Shown: piece by piece, positions 6,918 to 14,915 of the stretch
Layout of the letters: each line of letters starts with the position of its first letter
Numbering within the stretch: the first letter of the stretch is position 1
Assembly (NCBI GenBank): GCA_029288275.1
Contig: JARIHM010000085.1
Location: forward strand, 15,379-39,378
Source: Candidatus Saccharimonadota bacterium
GTDB taxonomy: Bacteria > Patescibacteriota > Saccharimonadia > UBA4664
Reading direction: 5' to 3'
DNA length: 24,000 nucleotides
Program-made: the position numbers and the translations under genes
Notes under the pieces: model-generated
Database searches by the model: none
The model's input: the letters and a program-made list of their open reading frames with translations, nothing else
What the model was told of the DNA's origin: nothing

Positions 6918-7181
6918 ATGCAGTTACACCCATTAGCTGATCGCATTGTGGCCCGCCAAATGGAGGCCGAGAGCAAAACCGCTGCCGGCATTTTGTTGCC
7001 GGATAGCGCCAAGGAGAAGCCGCTCATGGCCGAGGTCGTGGCGGTTGGCAAGGACGTCAAAGAGGTGAAGGTTGGCGACCGCGTGCTCTATAAGCAGTTT
7101 AAGGCCGACGAGATTAAGGCGGGTACCGAAGAGTTCCTGCTTTTGAAAGAAGAAGACGTAATGGCAGTAGTAAAGGAATAA
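6918..7181 (+). CDS. groES: Co-chaperonin GroES
   Basis: MQLHPLADRIVARQM..., GILLPDSAKEKP, GDRVLYKQF; GAGGAG SD; CIRCE upstream. Confidence 0.97.
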   Translation: MQLHPLADRIVARQMEAESKTAAGILLPDSAKEKPLMAEVVAVGKDVKEVKVGDRVLYKQFKADEIKAGTEEFLLLKEEDVMAVVKE

Positions 7182-7187
7182 TTGCGC

Positions 7188-8855
7188 ATGGCAAAGAAGA
7201 TTTTTTACGATGACGATGCCCGCGCCCGCGTACTGGCTGGCGCCGAGGAGCTGTATAAAGCCGTTCGTGTAACCATGGGTCCCAAGGGCCGTAATGTGGT
7301 TATTAGCAAGAGCTACGGCGGCCCAAGCGTAACGCACGACGGCGTGACCGTGGCCAAAGCGGTGGAAATTGAGAATCGCAATGACGAGACGCTGGGCCGC
7401 AGCGTGGGTGCTGAACTCATTAAGCAGGCTGCCAGCAAGACAGCCGACAACGTAGGTGATGGTACCACTACCAGCACCGTGCTGACTTACCACATTTTGA
7501 ATGAGGCTAACAAGCTGATCGCGGCCGGCCACAATCCGATGGACCTGAAGAAGGGCCTGGACCAGGCCGCCGAGGCAGTGCTCGGTAACGTGGCGGGCAT
7601 GACCGAGCAGATTGCTGGCAACAAGGCTAAGACCGCCGAGGTAGCTACTGTGTCGGCTGGTGATGCCGAGATTGGTGCGCTGATTGCCGACGTGATCGAG
7701 GCCGTAGGTAATGACGGTACGGTGACGGTCGAGCAATCGCAGACGCTAGGCCTGGAGAAGGAGATCGTAGAAGGTTTCAAGATCGACCGGGGTTACGTCA
7801 GCGCCTATATGGCAACCGACATGGCGCGTATGGAGGCAGTCTACGAAAAGCCGCTCATTTTGGTGACCGATAAGAAGATCTCCAGCATCCAGGAGATCCT
7901 GCCGTTGCTCGAAAAGATGGCCCAGACCGGTAAGAAAGAGCTGGTGATTGTGGCCGAGGATGTGGATGGCGAGGCGCTAGCTACGCTCATTCTGAACCGG
8001 CTTAAGGGCGTGTTTAACACGCTGGCTATCAAGGCGCCGGCCTTTGGTGACCGTCGTAAGGCTGTGTTGGAAGACATTGCTACCCTTACCGGCGCAGTAG
8101 TGATTAGCGAGGAGCAGGGCTATACCTTCGAGAACGCCACGCTCGATATGCTCGGTTCGGCGCGCAAGGTGATCGCTACCAAGGACGATACCACCATCAT
8201 TGAAGGTACGGGCGATGCCAAAGCCGTGACTGCACGCATGGAGCAGATCCGTGGCCAAGTAGAGCACGCTTCGAGTGAGTACGACAAAGAGAATCTAGAG
8301 AAGCGCCTCAGCGCCCTGGCTGGCAAAGTGGCGGTCATTAAGGTAGGCGGCGCCACCGAGGTCCAGATTAACGAGACCAAAGATCGCGTCGATGACGCCG
8401 TGGCAGCCACCAAAGCAGCCGTGGCCGAAGGCATCGTGCCTGGCGGCGGTGTAACGCTGGTGGACCTGAGCAAGAAGCTTGAAGTTGAAGCTACCAAGGT
8501 GAGCTCCAGCGTGGAAGCCGGCCATCTGATTCTGAAGCAGGCGCTGATACAGCCGTTCCGCGAGCTCATGCGTAACGCCGGCCTTAACCCAGACGCGCAG
8601 CTGCCGCAGGTGATGAATCAGAACAAGCCGGGTATGGGCTTTGACGTCAACGACGGCAGCAAGCTGGTAGACCTGAAAGCAGCCGGAATTGTTGATCCCG
8701 CCAAGGTAACCCGTGAGGCCATCCAGAACGCCGTCAGTATTGCCGGTACGGCCATGACCATGGGTAGCCTGATCGTGGATCTGCCCGAGGAGAAGGGTGC
8801 TCCGGCTGGTGGTGGTATGCCCGGTGGTATGGGCATGGGCGGCATGGACTACTAG
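7188..8855 (+). CDS. groEL: Chaperonin GroEL
   Basis: KAVRVTMGPKGRNVVISKSYGGPSVTHDGVTVAK, GDGTTTSTVLT, C-terminal GGMPGGMGMGGMDY. Confidence 0.99.
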   Translation: MAKKIFYDDDARARVLAGAEELYKAVRVTMGPKGRNVVISKSYGGPSVTHDGVTVAKAVEIENRNDETLGRSVGAELIKQAASKTADNVGDGTTTSTVLTYHILNEANKLIAAGHNPMDLKKGLDQAAEAVLGNVAGMTEQIAGNKAKTAEVATVSAGDAEIGALIADVIEAVGNDGTVTVEQSQTLGLEKEIVEGFKIDRGYVSAYMATDMARMEAVYEKPLILVTDKKISSIQEILPLLEKMAQTGKKELVIVAEDVDGEALATLILNRLKGVFNTLAIKAPAFGDRRKAVLEDIATLTGAVVISEEQGYTFENATLDMLGSARKVIATKDDTTIIEGTGDAKAVTARMEQIRGQVEHASSEYDKENLEKRLSALAGKVAVIKVGGATEVQINETKDRVDDAVAATKAAVAEGIVPGGGVTLVDLSKKLEVEATKVSSSVEAGHLILKQALIQPFRELMRNAGLNPDAQLPQVMNQNKPGMGFDVNDGSKLVDLKAAGIVDPAKVTREAIQNAVSIAGTAMTMGSLIVDLPEEKGAPAGGGMPGGMGMGGMDY

Positions 8856-8879
8856 TCTACGCACCAAAAGAGATGTTCT

Positions 8880-8908
8880 AGAAAAGCGGCCTACGGGCCG
8901 TTTTTCTA
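8880..8908 (+). terminator. Rho-independent terminator of groESL
   Basis: AGAAAAGCGGCC-tac-GGGCCGTTTTTCT. Confidence 0.85.
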
Positions 8909-8996
8909 TTTGGGGCGGGGTTTAAGTTTTGATGAAAATACGCAATTATAAATGAGGCTCAAAGCCAATTCCTGGACATACCAAGAAGAGGTAGGC

Positions 8997-9191
8997 ATGG
9001 CTTACTCGTATGAGCAAGTGAAGAAGGCAGCGGAAGACAAGGGTCTTTTACCCGGCTGCAAAGCCAGGTTTATCGGTGCAATGCTGGGACGCCACCCCGA
9101 CCAGCCAAACCTCATAATTTCTGACGCGAAAGAGCATGTAAAAAAGTGCCCTCAGTGCCGGGCGGCTAAGCGGGTGCTTTCTCCCTGCTAG
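8997..9191 (+). CDS. Hypothetical small protein, 64 aa (MAYSYEQVKKAAEDKGLLPGCKARFIGAML...KKCPQCRAAKRVLSPC)
   Basis: ATG preceded by AGAGGTAGG; CxxC motif; downstream terminator. Confidence 0.65.
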   Translation: MAYSYEQVKKAAEDKGLLPGCKARFIGAMLGRHPDQPNLIISDAKEHVKKCPQCRAAKRVLSPC

Positions 9192-9264
9192 TGACCTCGA
9201 TGCCTAGGCATAGCGGACCGGCCAGAATCAGATCAAGCGGTTTGCCAAGGACAGGTGAATGTGA

Positions 9265-9304
9265 GGCGCGCAGCTTTATGAGCTGCGCGCCTTCTTCTTT
9301 TCTG
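9265..9304 (+). terminator. Rho-independent terminator
   Basis: GGCGCGCAGCT-ttatg-AGCTGCGCGCC followed by ttcttctttt. Confidence 0.85.
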
Positions 9305-9321
9305 TTAAGCTAAAAACAGCT

Positions 9322-10125
9322 ATGCTTACCGAAGAACGCCTTATTCGGGCTGATTTTGCCCGGCGCGCCAATGAGATTATCCGTTCGATTGATGAGGGTC
9401 GAGCTCAGTTTGGTCTGAGCGAGGCCTTAACGCAGACGTGGGAACAGTTTGTACTAGCCGAGCCGGATGTAGAGCTACGACGGTTTAGTGAGGTGATTGC
9501 TGATGCCCGGCGCCAAGCTACTACCCAGCGGCAGCTGGATGACGACCGGGAGCAGCTGCATCATGGTCATTTAAATCATGAGCAGTTAGTTGAGCGGGGC
9601 CATCATTACGAATTGTTGCGCTATCAAGCCTGTGTGTACAATCATCTGCTGCGGGGTACGATTGAGCTACATGCCGAACAGTTTAGCCGGGCGCAATTAT
9701 TGGCTTGGCTGACGAGCGCGAGCCAGGGCGTGCATGCCTGGGCGCTCGGCGAGATTACTGGTGCTACGTCGGAGATTGCTCTGCACGCGGCGCTTACGGG
9801 CATGCCGGAGCTGGAGGGTTTGCGCTACGGCACGGTCGAAGAGGACCTGCAGGGGTATGATTTTGTGGCCTACTGGCAGGGAGCACTTGTCACCATCGAT
9901 GCCAAGACCGGCTTGTATCATCCGCTGACGGAGCGCAAGCATGGCCATCGTCACTTGGAGATCTCTGTGCCGCGGGAGTCTATTGCAGAATTTCATTTAA
10001 CGCGCCGGGGCCTGGACATCCTGCGCCATGAGGTCCGGCAGGCGCTTCATGCTGCGCCGGGAACTGGCGTGCATGCATCGCATAGTCATTATCGTTTTCA
10101 CCCTGGACGCACTGTTAAGTATTGA
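9322..10125 (+). CDS. Hypothetical protein, 267 aa, possible PD-(D/E)XK-like fold
   Basis: Long ORF; EEDLQGYDFVAYWQGALVTIDAKTG resembles a D-X(n)-DxK motif between beta strands. Confidence 0.75.
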   Translation: MLTEERLIRADFARRANEIIRSIDEGRAQFGLSEALTQTWEQFVLAEPDVELRRFSEVIADARRQATTQRQLDDDREQLHHGHLNHEQLVERGHHYELLRYQACVYNHLLRGTIELHAEQFSRAQLLAWLTSASQGVHAWALGEITGATSEIALHAALTGMPELEGLRYGTVEEDLQGYDFVAYWQGALVTIDAKTGLYHPLTERKHGHRHLEISVPRESIAEFHLTRRGLDILRHEVRQALHAAPGTGVHASHSHYRFHPGRTVKY

Positions 10126-10150
10126 CAATTTAATATAGTTATGCTATTAT
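10122..10150 (+). promoter_or_regulatory. Consensus sigma70-type promoter for gene 10244-10942
   Basis: TTGACA-N17-TATTAT; -35 contains the TGA stop of the preceding ORF. Confidence 0.85.
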
Positions 10151-10243
10151 GATTAACACTCAGACCAAGCACATGGCTTAGGTCTCGAGATGCACCGATC
10201 AGATTCTGGCTCTGGCCCAACGCACGCCTGAGGAGGCTGCATC

Positions 10244-10942
10244 ATGAGCACCAACGTCTCGACCACCCCCGTCAACCCGACCACCCCCGTTCCGACGGCG
10301 CCGGCGTCGAGGTCGGTGCCGCAGCCGCCGAAGCCGGCGAAGACCTCCGCGCCGAGCGTGCCCTTCGCGGTCCGCCCGGCCATCCCGGTCAACCAGGCCG
10401 CGATGCGCGTCTACATCGCCGTCGTGCGCAACCTCACCGACGAGGTCGTGGACGGGCTGGCCCGGAACTACGTGTCCCGCCGGCTCAACCACGGCTCGGA
10501 GGCCCTGTCCGAGCAGGAGTTCAACCTGCTCCGCAGCCAGGCCATCCAGGACCGGCGCAAGGGCCTGGTGCTGTTCCTCTACTGGAGGAACACCTACGCC
10601 AACGACCGCGAGCGCGCGGCGCTGGCCCTGGCCGCCAAGCAGCGCCTGGAGGTGCCGAAGCAGAAGGACGAGGTCATTCGCCACGGCAGCCGCCTGGTGG
10701 GCAACTCGGCGTCCTCGCCGAAGCCCGCGGTGCGGCCGACCGAGGCCGGCCGGCCCAAGGCCAAGACCGTGAACAACGGCTGGACCAACCCCAAGGGTGG
10801 GGAGGTCACCAGCGGTTTCGTGACCTTGGCCGAGGTGTTGCCCAAGCGGGCCCCCAAGACCTCGGCCAAGACCGAGAACAACGGTGGCAACAGCCGCGGC
10901 AACAACCGTCGCAACCGCGGCGGCAACACCCAGGCCGCCTGA
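10244..10942 (+). CDS. Hypothetical protein, 232 aa, Pro/Thr-rich N-terminus and RGG-like C-terminus
   Basis: AGGAGG SD (gaggaggctgcatcATG), own promoter and terminators. Confidence 0.8.
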   Translation: MSTNVSTTPVNPTTPVPTAPASRSVPQPPKPAKTSAPSVPFAVRPAIPVNQAAMRVYIAVVRNLTDEVVDGLARNYVSRRLNHGSEALSEQEFNLLRSQAIQDRRKGLVLFLYWRNTYANDRERAALALAAKQRLEVPKQKDEVIRHGSRLVGNSASSPKPAVRPTEAGRPKAKTVNNGWTNPKGGEVTSGFVTLAEVLPKRAPKTSAKTENNGGNSRGNNRRNRGGNTQAA

Positions 10943-10949
10943 TCGGCCC

Positions 10950-11009
10950 GTGGGGGCGGAAAACTTTTCCGCCCCCACAACCCACAATCTTAGCGATTGT
11001 GGGTTTTTC
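10950..11009 (+). terminator. Two tandem terminator hairpins
   Basis: TGGGGGCGGAA-aact-TTCCGCCCCCA, then CCCACAATC-ttagc-GATTGTGGG-TTTTTC. Confidence 0.85.
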
Positions 11010-11023
11010 GTTTGTTTTTACAA

Positions 11024-11052
11024 TTGACAGACCATAACTATTGCATTAATTT
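11024..11052 (+). promoter_or_regulatory. Sigma70-type promoter for the 11209-12183 gene pair
   Basis: TTGACA-N17-TAATTT. Confidence 0.6.
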
Positions 11053-11208
11053 TGGCATAAGTACTAAATGTACCGGTACCTCATAGTTACAGCGCAAAGT
11101 TCGTGGAAAGAAAAGGGCAAGCCAGACTGGGCGTCGACTCTATTCCTAGCGTAATGCCAGGGACGAGTGCGCTCATTTTTTGTCTCTTCGGGGTCAAGGA
11201 GGCAGATC

Positions 11209-11526
11209 ATGTCGACCATTCAGGCACCAAGTGCTCTGCTGGAGCTACACCACAAGTATCGCGAGAACGCTACCTCGGCCGAGGTAGCTGCTGGCACACT
11301 TCCCGACGCTAGCTACTGCCTGATCTACGAAGTGGCGGCCGACCTGCGATGGCTGCAGGCGCACACTCACGGTGCCGTCAACACGGACGACTTCCGGTTG
11401 CGGTGCGAGGCGGCCCACGCCGAGAGCGGTAGCCCGCTGCTCAAGCGGAGCGTGGTGGCGCATGAACTGGCCGAGCTGGCCATGGACTACTGCGAAGAGC
11501 GTTACATCTTGGCTGCTTCGGCTTAG
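11209..11526 (+). CDS. Hypothetical protein, 105 aa, single copy of a helical module repeated in the next gene
   Basis: SD AAGGAGG upstream of ATG; alignable with both halves of the 11590-12183 product. Confidence 0.8.
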   Translation: MSTIQAPSALLELHHKYRENATSAEVAAGTLPDASYCLIYEVAADLRWLQAHTHGAVNTDDFRLRCEAAHAESGSPLLKRSVVAHELAELAMDYCEERYILAASA

Positions 11527-11539
11527 GTGTTCGGACGAT

Positions 11540-11567
11540 GCCGGCAGGTTCTCTGCCGGCCTTTTCC
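11540..11567 (+). terminator. Intercistronic hairpin/possible partial terminator
   Basis: GCCGGCAG-gttct-CTGCCGGC followed by CTTTTCC, then palindromic ccttttcctcgaggaaaagg reaching the next SD region. Confidence 0.55.
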
Positions 11568-11589
11568 TCGAGGAAAAGGCGGGTGCATC

Positions 11590-12183
11590 ATGTCGATGGG
11601 CTTTTACGATGAGCTGCGCAAGCTCATCCGCTGGGTGGAGCAGCAGGAGGTGGTCACGAATCGGGCGTTGCTCCAGCAGCTTGAGGAGATGAAGCGCACG
11701 CTCAAGGTGACTAACTTCGACACGGAGCTGGCGCACGAATACCTGGACGTGCTGGTGCGCGAGATCGACGTTCCGGAGCTGCGACCGGTGGTGGTGTCTG
11801 AACTTCTGGAGCTCCTCCGGATTGTCCTCAATGAGCAAGCGCGGCTATTTGCTCAAACCGGGCCAGTCTCGGAGCGACTATCGCCGCCAGCTTGCTTGGT
11901 GGTATTGTTGCAGAAATATCGCCATCCGGCCAACCTGATTGAGCGGCGTCGTGACCTATTGCCAACGCCCAATCACTGCTTGCTCGAGAACGTGATCGAT
12001 GAGCTAGAACGGGTTGAGCAGCGGGGCGGAATCGATACCCGGTTACTGCGCCATGAGTACGCGGAGCTATTCGATTCAGTCGAATACCTCGAACGCGCAG
12101 TTGTCTGTGACGCGCTGATGGACCTCATTGCCGCGTGGATGGAGGAGCAGCAGTATGGCCTGGGCGATACCTCTGCTGCCTAA
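11590..12183 (+). CDS. Hypothetical protein, 197 aa, two tandem helical modules
   Basis: ORF with internal duplication; ATG after cgaggaaaaggcgggtgcatc. Confidence 0.8.
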   Translation: MSMGFYDELRKLIRWVEQQEVVTNRALLQQLEEMKRTLKVTNFDTELAHEYLDVLVREIDVPELRPVVVSELLELLRIVLNEQARLFAQTGPVSERLSPPACLVVLLQKYRHPANLIERRRDLLPTPNHCLLENVIDELERVEQRGGIDTRLLRHEYAELFDSVEYLERAVVCDALMDLIAAWMEEQQYGLGDTSAA

Positions 12184-12186
12184 GAT

Positions 12187-12213
12187 AAGACCCCCGGTCG
12201 TTTCGGGGGTCTT
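12187..12213 (+). terminator. Rho-independent terminator
   Basis: AAGACCCCCG-gtcgttt-CGGGGGTCTTctc. Confidence 0.7.
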
Positions 12214-12246
12214 CTCATGTCATAATGGAGAAGAAGGAGAGCGCTT

Positions 12247-13308
12247 ATGCTGGATCAAGCTGATTACATTGCCCGTTATGATAAACATGATGCTCTGGGA
12301 GTGATTGCGGGACAGCCGCAGCAGCTGATGCAAGCCTATGAGTTCTCGCTCGATGGCCTGGGCGAGCTGAGTGAGGTGCGGCAGATCGTGCTGGCGGGCA
12401 TGGGGGGCTCGGCGCTGGCCGGCGAGTTTGTAAAGAGCTGGCTAGCCGACCGGTTGCCGGTGCCGCTGGTGATCGTGCGCGACTACACGCTGCCGGCCTT
12501 TGTGGGGCCGCAAACGTTGGTTGTCGCTTCGAGCTACTCCGGCAATACCGAAGAGACGCTGTCGGCGCTGGCTGAGGCGGAGGGGCTGGGCGCGCGCATC
12601 GTGGTAATGAGCTCGGGCGGCAAATTGCTCGACGCTGCGCGCGCCAAGGGCCACGCCCATGTGGCCACCGTGCCGAGCGGCCACATGCATCTCGACTTGC
12701 CTGGTGGCTTGCAGCCGCGCCTGGCCGTGCTGTACGGCGTGAAGGCCCTGGCTACGCTGCTGGAGCAGGCTGGCCTGGTGGGGGGCCTGCGCGATGAGCT
12801 CATGGGCGCGGCCGACTGGGTTGCCCAGGAGCTGTCCGCCTGGCAGGCCAACGTACCCACCGAGCGCAATCAGGCCAAGCAGATTGCCACGCAGCTGGTG
12901 GGTCATCCGGCCGTGGTGTACGGCGGCCCTACCCTGGCACTGGCGGCCATGAAGTGGAAGATCGACGCCAACGAGAATGCCAAGAATTTGGCTTTTTATA
13001 ACTATTTTCCGGAATTTAATCACAATGAATTCTTGGGCTGGGATCATCCCGCGCAGAGCGGTCTAGCTGTCATTGAGCTGCGCTCCGAGCTTGATCATCC
13101 GCAAATTCAAAAGCGGTTTGACATCACTAATAAGCTTCGGGCCAGCCATTTTGTGCCTATTCAAGTTCAGGCTAAGGGTGCTACCCGCTTACACCAGATG
13201 CTTTGGACGATTATTCTGGGTGACTTCACTATGGCCTATCTGGCTTTCTTGAACGGCATTGATCCTACGCCGGTAGATTTAATTGAAGAGCTGAAGCGGG
13301 AGCTGTAA
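12247..13308 (+). CDS. Bifunctional phosphoglucose/phosphomannose isomerase-type SIS-domain protein
   Basis: IVLAGMGGSALAGEFVKSWL, SSYSGNTEETLSAL, MKWKIDANENAKNLAFYNYFPEFNHNEFLGW. Confidence 0.85.
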   Translation: MLDQADYIARYDKHDALGVIAGQPQQLMQAYEFSLDGLGELSEVRQIVLAGMGGSALAGEFVKSWLADRLPVPLVIVRDYTLPAFVGPQTLVVASSYSGNTEETLSALAEAEGLGARIVVMSSGGKLLDAARAKGHAHVATVPSGHMHLDLPGGLQPRLAVLYGVKALATLLEQAGLVGGLRDELMGAADWVAQELSAWQANVPTERNQAKQIATQLVGHPAVVYGGPTLALAAMKWKIDANENAKNLAFYNYFPEFNHNEFLGWDHPAQSGLAVIELRSELDHPQIQKRFDITNKLRASHFVPIQVQAKGATRLHQMLWTIILGDFTMAYLAFLNGIDPTPVDLIEELKREL

Positions 13309-13310
13309 GC

Positions 13311-13372
13311 AAAAAAGAACCGTCAGGGACGGAATCTCAGCTAAAATGCCGAGATTCCGCCGCACTGACGGT
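13311..13372 (-). terminator. Terminator for minus-strand gene pair 13391-14694
   Basis: ACCGTCAG...GGAATCTC...GAGATTCC...CTGACGGT; minus strand ends CTGACGGTTCTTTTTT. Confidence 0.8.
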
Positions 13373-13390
13373 ATCTGATCAGGTGATCGG

Positions 13391-13717
13391 TTAGGAGGTG
13401 ATGGTGCCGCCGCCGTTCAGGTGGAAGGCTCGCTCTTCGGCTACTTGCTTAGCCGTAAGCAGGCGATTCTCCCAGTCTGGGTCGTTATCCGGAAAACAAT
13501 CAACTTTGTGCTCCTCGAGCACTTCGTTGCTCCCGGGTGCCACCAGACTCACGGTGACCAAGGTCTGGCCATTGCGCGAGCTGTGACGGAATTGCCAGCT
13601 GGCCTTCCGCCGTTGCTGCTCGCGCTCTCGCCGCGGCCACTTCACCAGGGTGTAGTAGAAGCCCCAGATGACCAGGGCGCCGAAGCCACCGGCCCCAAGG
13701 ACGACCAGATCTTTCAC
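13391..13717 (-). CDS. Small membrane-associated hypothetical protein, 108 aa
   Basis: GTG start overlapping the stop of the upstream Band 7 gene; N-terminal TM (VVLGAGGFGALVIWGFYYTLV). Confidence 0.7.
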   Translation of the reverse strand: MKDLVVLGAGGFGALVIWGFYYTLVKWPRREREQQRRKASWQFRHSSRNGQTLVTVSLVAPGSNEVLEEHKVDCFPDNDPDWENRLLTAKQVAEERAFHLNGGGTITS

Positions 13718-14694
13718 TACTTGGCCCCGGTCAACGGCACCGCAGTGTTGGCGCCAGGCGCGTACACCGTGACACCCTTCGGCAGGGCGGCGATGATGTC
13801 GATCTGCCCGCAGACCGGACAGGCGTTGTAGCCTTCCTGCTTCGTCTCATTGGCCTTGGCTTCAGCCTGAGCCTGCGCCACCTTGGCCTGGCTCTCGCTG
13901 ACCTTGGCATAGGCAGCCTGGGCGTCCTCCACGGCCTTCTGGACCGAGTCGGGCAAGCTGACCTTGCTCAGATTGAAGTGGATGTTGGAGAGGAACTCCC
14001 CGCCCAACGTACCCTTCAGATCCTGAGCGAACGAGGTGTTGACCGCGTCCTGGACCTTGGCGATGTTGCCGTTGTTGGCCTGGCCGTTGGTGCCGGCCTG
14101 GGGCTGAGTACTCTGACCTTGGTTCTGCACCAAGGCGCAGCTCGACACCAACTCCGCACAGCGGAAGTTGTTGACCTGCTCACGCAGATCGTTGTCGATG
14201 ACGGGGCGAATGATCTGGTCGAGGAAGCTCGACCAGCCCTCGTCGCCGTCCCAGGCGTAGCGCAGCTGGCCATCGGCACCGCGGAACTGCCGGGTGCCGA
14301 ACTTGTCGTCGAAAGTGTGCAGGGTGTTCTCGTCGGTGTTGAGGGTGAAGTAGAAAGTCCCCTCGATCCCCATTGACACACCGTCGCTCGATGGCACGGT
14401 GACAACGTCGATCCCGGTCTTGTCACCTTCGTTGGCCTTGGCCGTGATGGTGTAGAAGCGCTGCTGTGCCGGGTAGCGGTGAATGCTGGACCAGAAGCCA
14501 GTCCAGGTTACGCCGCTACCGGCCGGAATCTTCTGGCGGTAGCTGTTGTCATCGAACCACCCACCGTTTCGAACCACCGCAACCTCGCCGGCGCTCGTCT
14601 TGGTGAGGCTGTCGAACGCTCCGTAGAGAGTCGGCAGGCCGAAGATGACCAGCACAACCAGTACCAAGAGGGCCCAGGGCCGTCGATTTCGCAT
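13717..14694 (-). CDS. Band 7/SPFH (stomatin-like) domain membrane protein
   Basis: N-terminal TM (ALLVLVVLVIFGLPTLYGAF), GEVAVVRNGG..., IIRPVIDNDLREQV..., coiled AYAKVSESQAKVAQAQAEAKA, terminal CPVCG; SD GGAAGGA. Confidence 0.7.
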   Translation of the reverse strand: MRNRRPWALLVLVVLVIFGLPTLYGAFDSLTKTSAGEVAVVRNGGWFDDNSYRQKIPAGSGVTWTGFWSSIHRYPAQQRFYTITAKANEGDKTGIDVVTVPSSDGVSMGIEGTFYFTLNTDENTLHTFDDKFGTRQFRGADGQLRYAWDGDEGWSSFLDQIIRPVIDNDLREQVNNFRCAELVSSCALVQNQGQSTQPQAGTNGQANNGNIAKVQDAVNTSFAQDLKGTLGGEFLSNIHFNLSKVSLPDSVQKAVEDAQAAYAKVSESQAKVAQAQAEAKANETKQEGYNACPVCGQIDIIAALPKGVTVYAPGANTAVPLTGAK

Positions 14695-14738
14695 GAGTAT
14701 TCCTTCCAAGAGGAGGTGCTGCGGTAAAGCCGTTTTGT

Positions 14739-14766
14739 ACTATACTGATTTTTTCCACTATGTCAA
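14739..14766 (-). promoter_or_regulatory. Sigma70-type promoter for the Band 7 gene
   Basis: Minus strand TTGACA-N16-TATAGT. Confidence 0.8.
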
Positions 14767-14813
14767 TAAATTTATACCGTTCTTAGCCCAGATATGCTAA
14801 AATAGCCCGGTCC

Positions 14814-14901
14814 GGAGGGGTCGCCTAGTGGCCTATGGCGCTCGCTTGGAAAGCGAGTTGGGTGCAAGCCCTCGAGGGTTCGAATCCCTCTCCCTCCGCC
14901 A
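14814..14901 (+). tRNA. tRNA-Ser(GGA)
   Basis: GGAGGGG acceptor, CTCGC-TTGGAAA-GCGAG anticodon arm (GGA), long variable arm GGGTGCAAGCCC, TPsiC arm GAGGGTTCGAATCCCTC, encoded CCA. Confidence 0.97.
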
Positions 14902-14915
14902 GGAATTATTTTGTG

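Noticed and set aside
6933-7736. 267-aa minus ORF antisense to groES/groEL
   Set aside because: Shadow ORF due to codon bias.
8295-8867. 190-aa minus ORF inside groEL
   Set aside because: Antisense to groEL, a certain gene; no independent start signals.
10199-10987. 262-aa minus-strand ORF rich in Gly/Arg
   Set aside because: Low-complexity antisense shadow of 10244-10942, spanning its SD and terminator; no own signals.
11245-11838. 197-aa minus-strand ORF
   Set aside because: Antisense to two well-supported + genes with SDs and shared module structure; GC-rich shadow ORF.
14835-14915. N-terminal extension of the GNAT ORF
   Set aside because: It overlaps the tRNA-Ser gene; true start is ATG 14916 or nearby.
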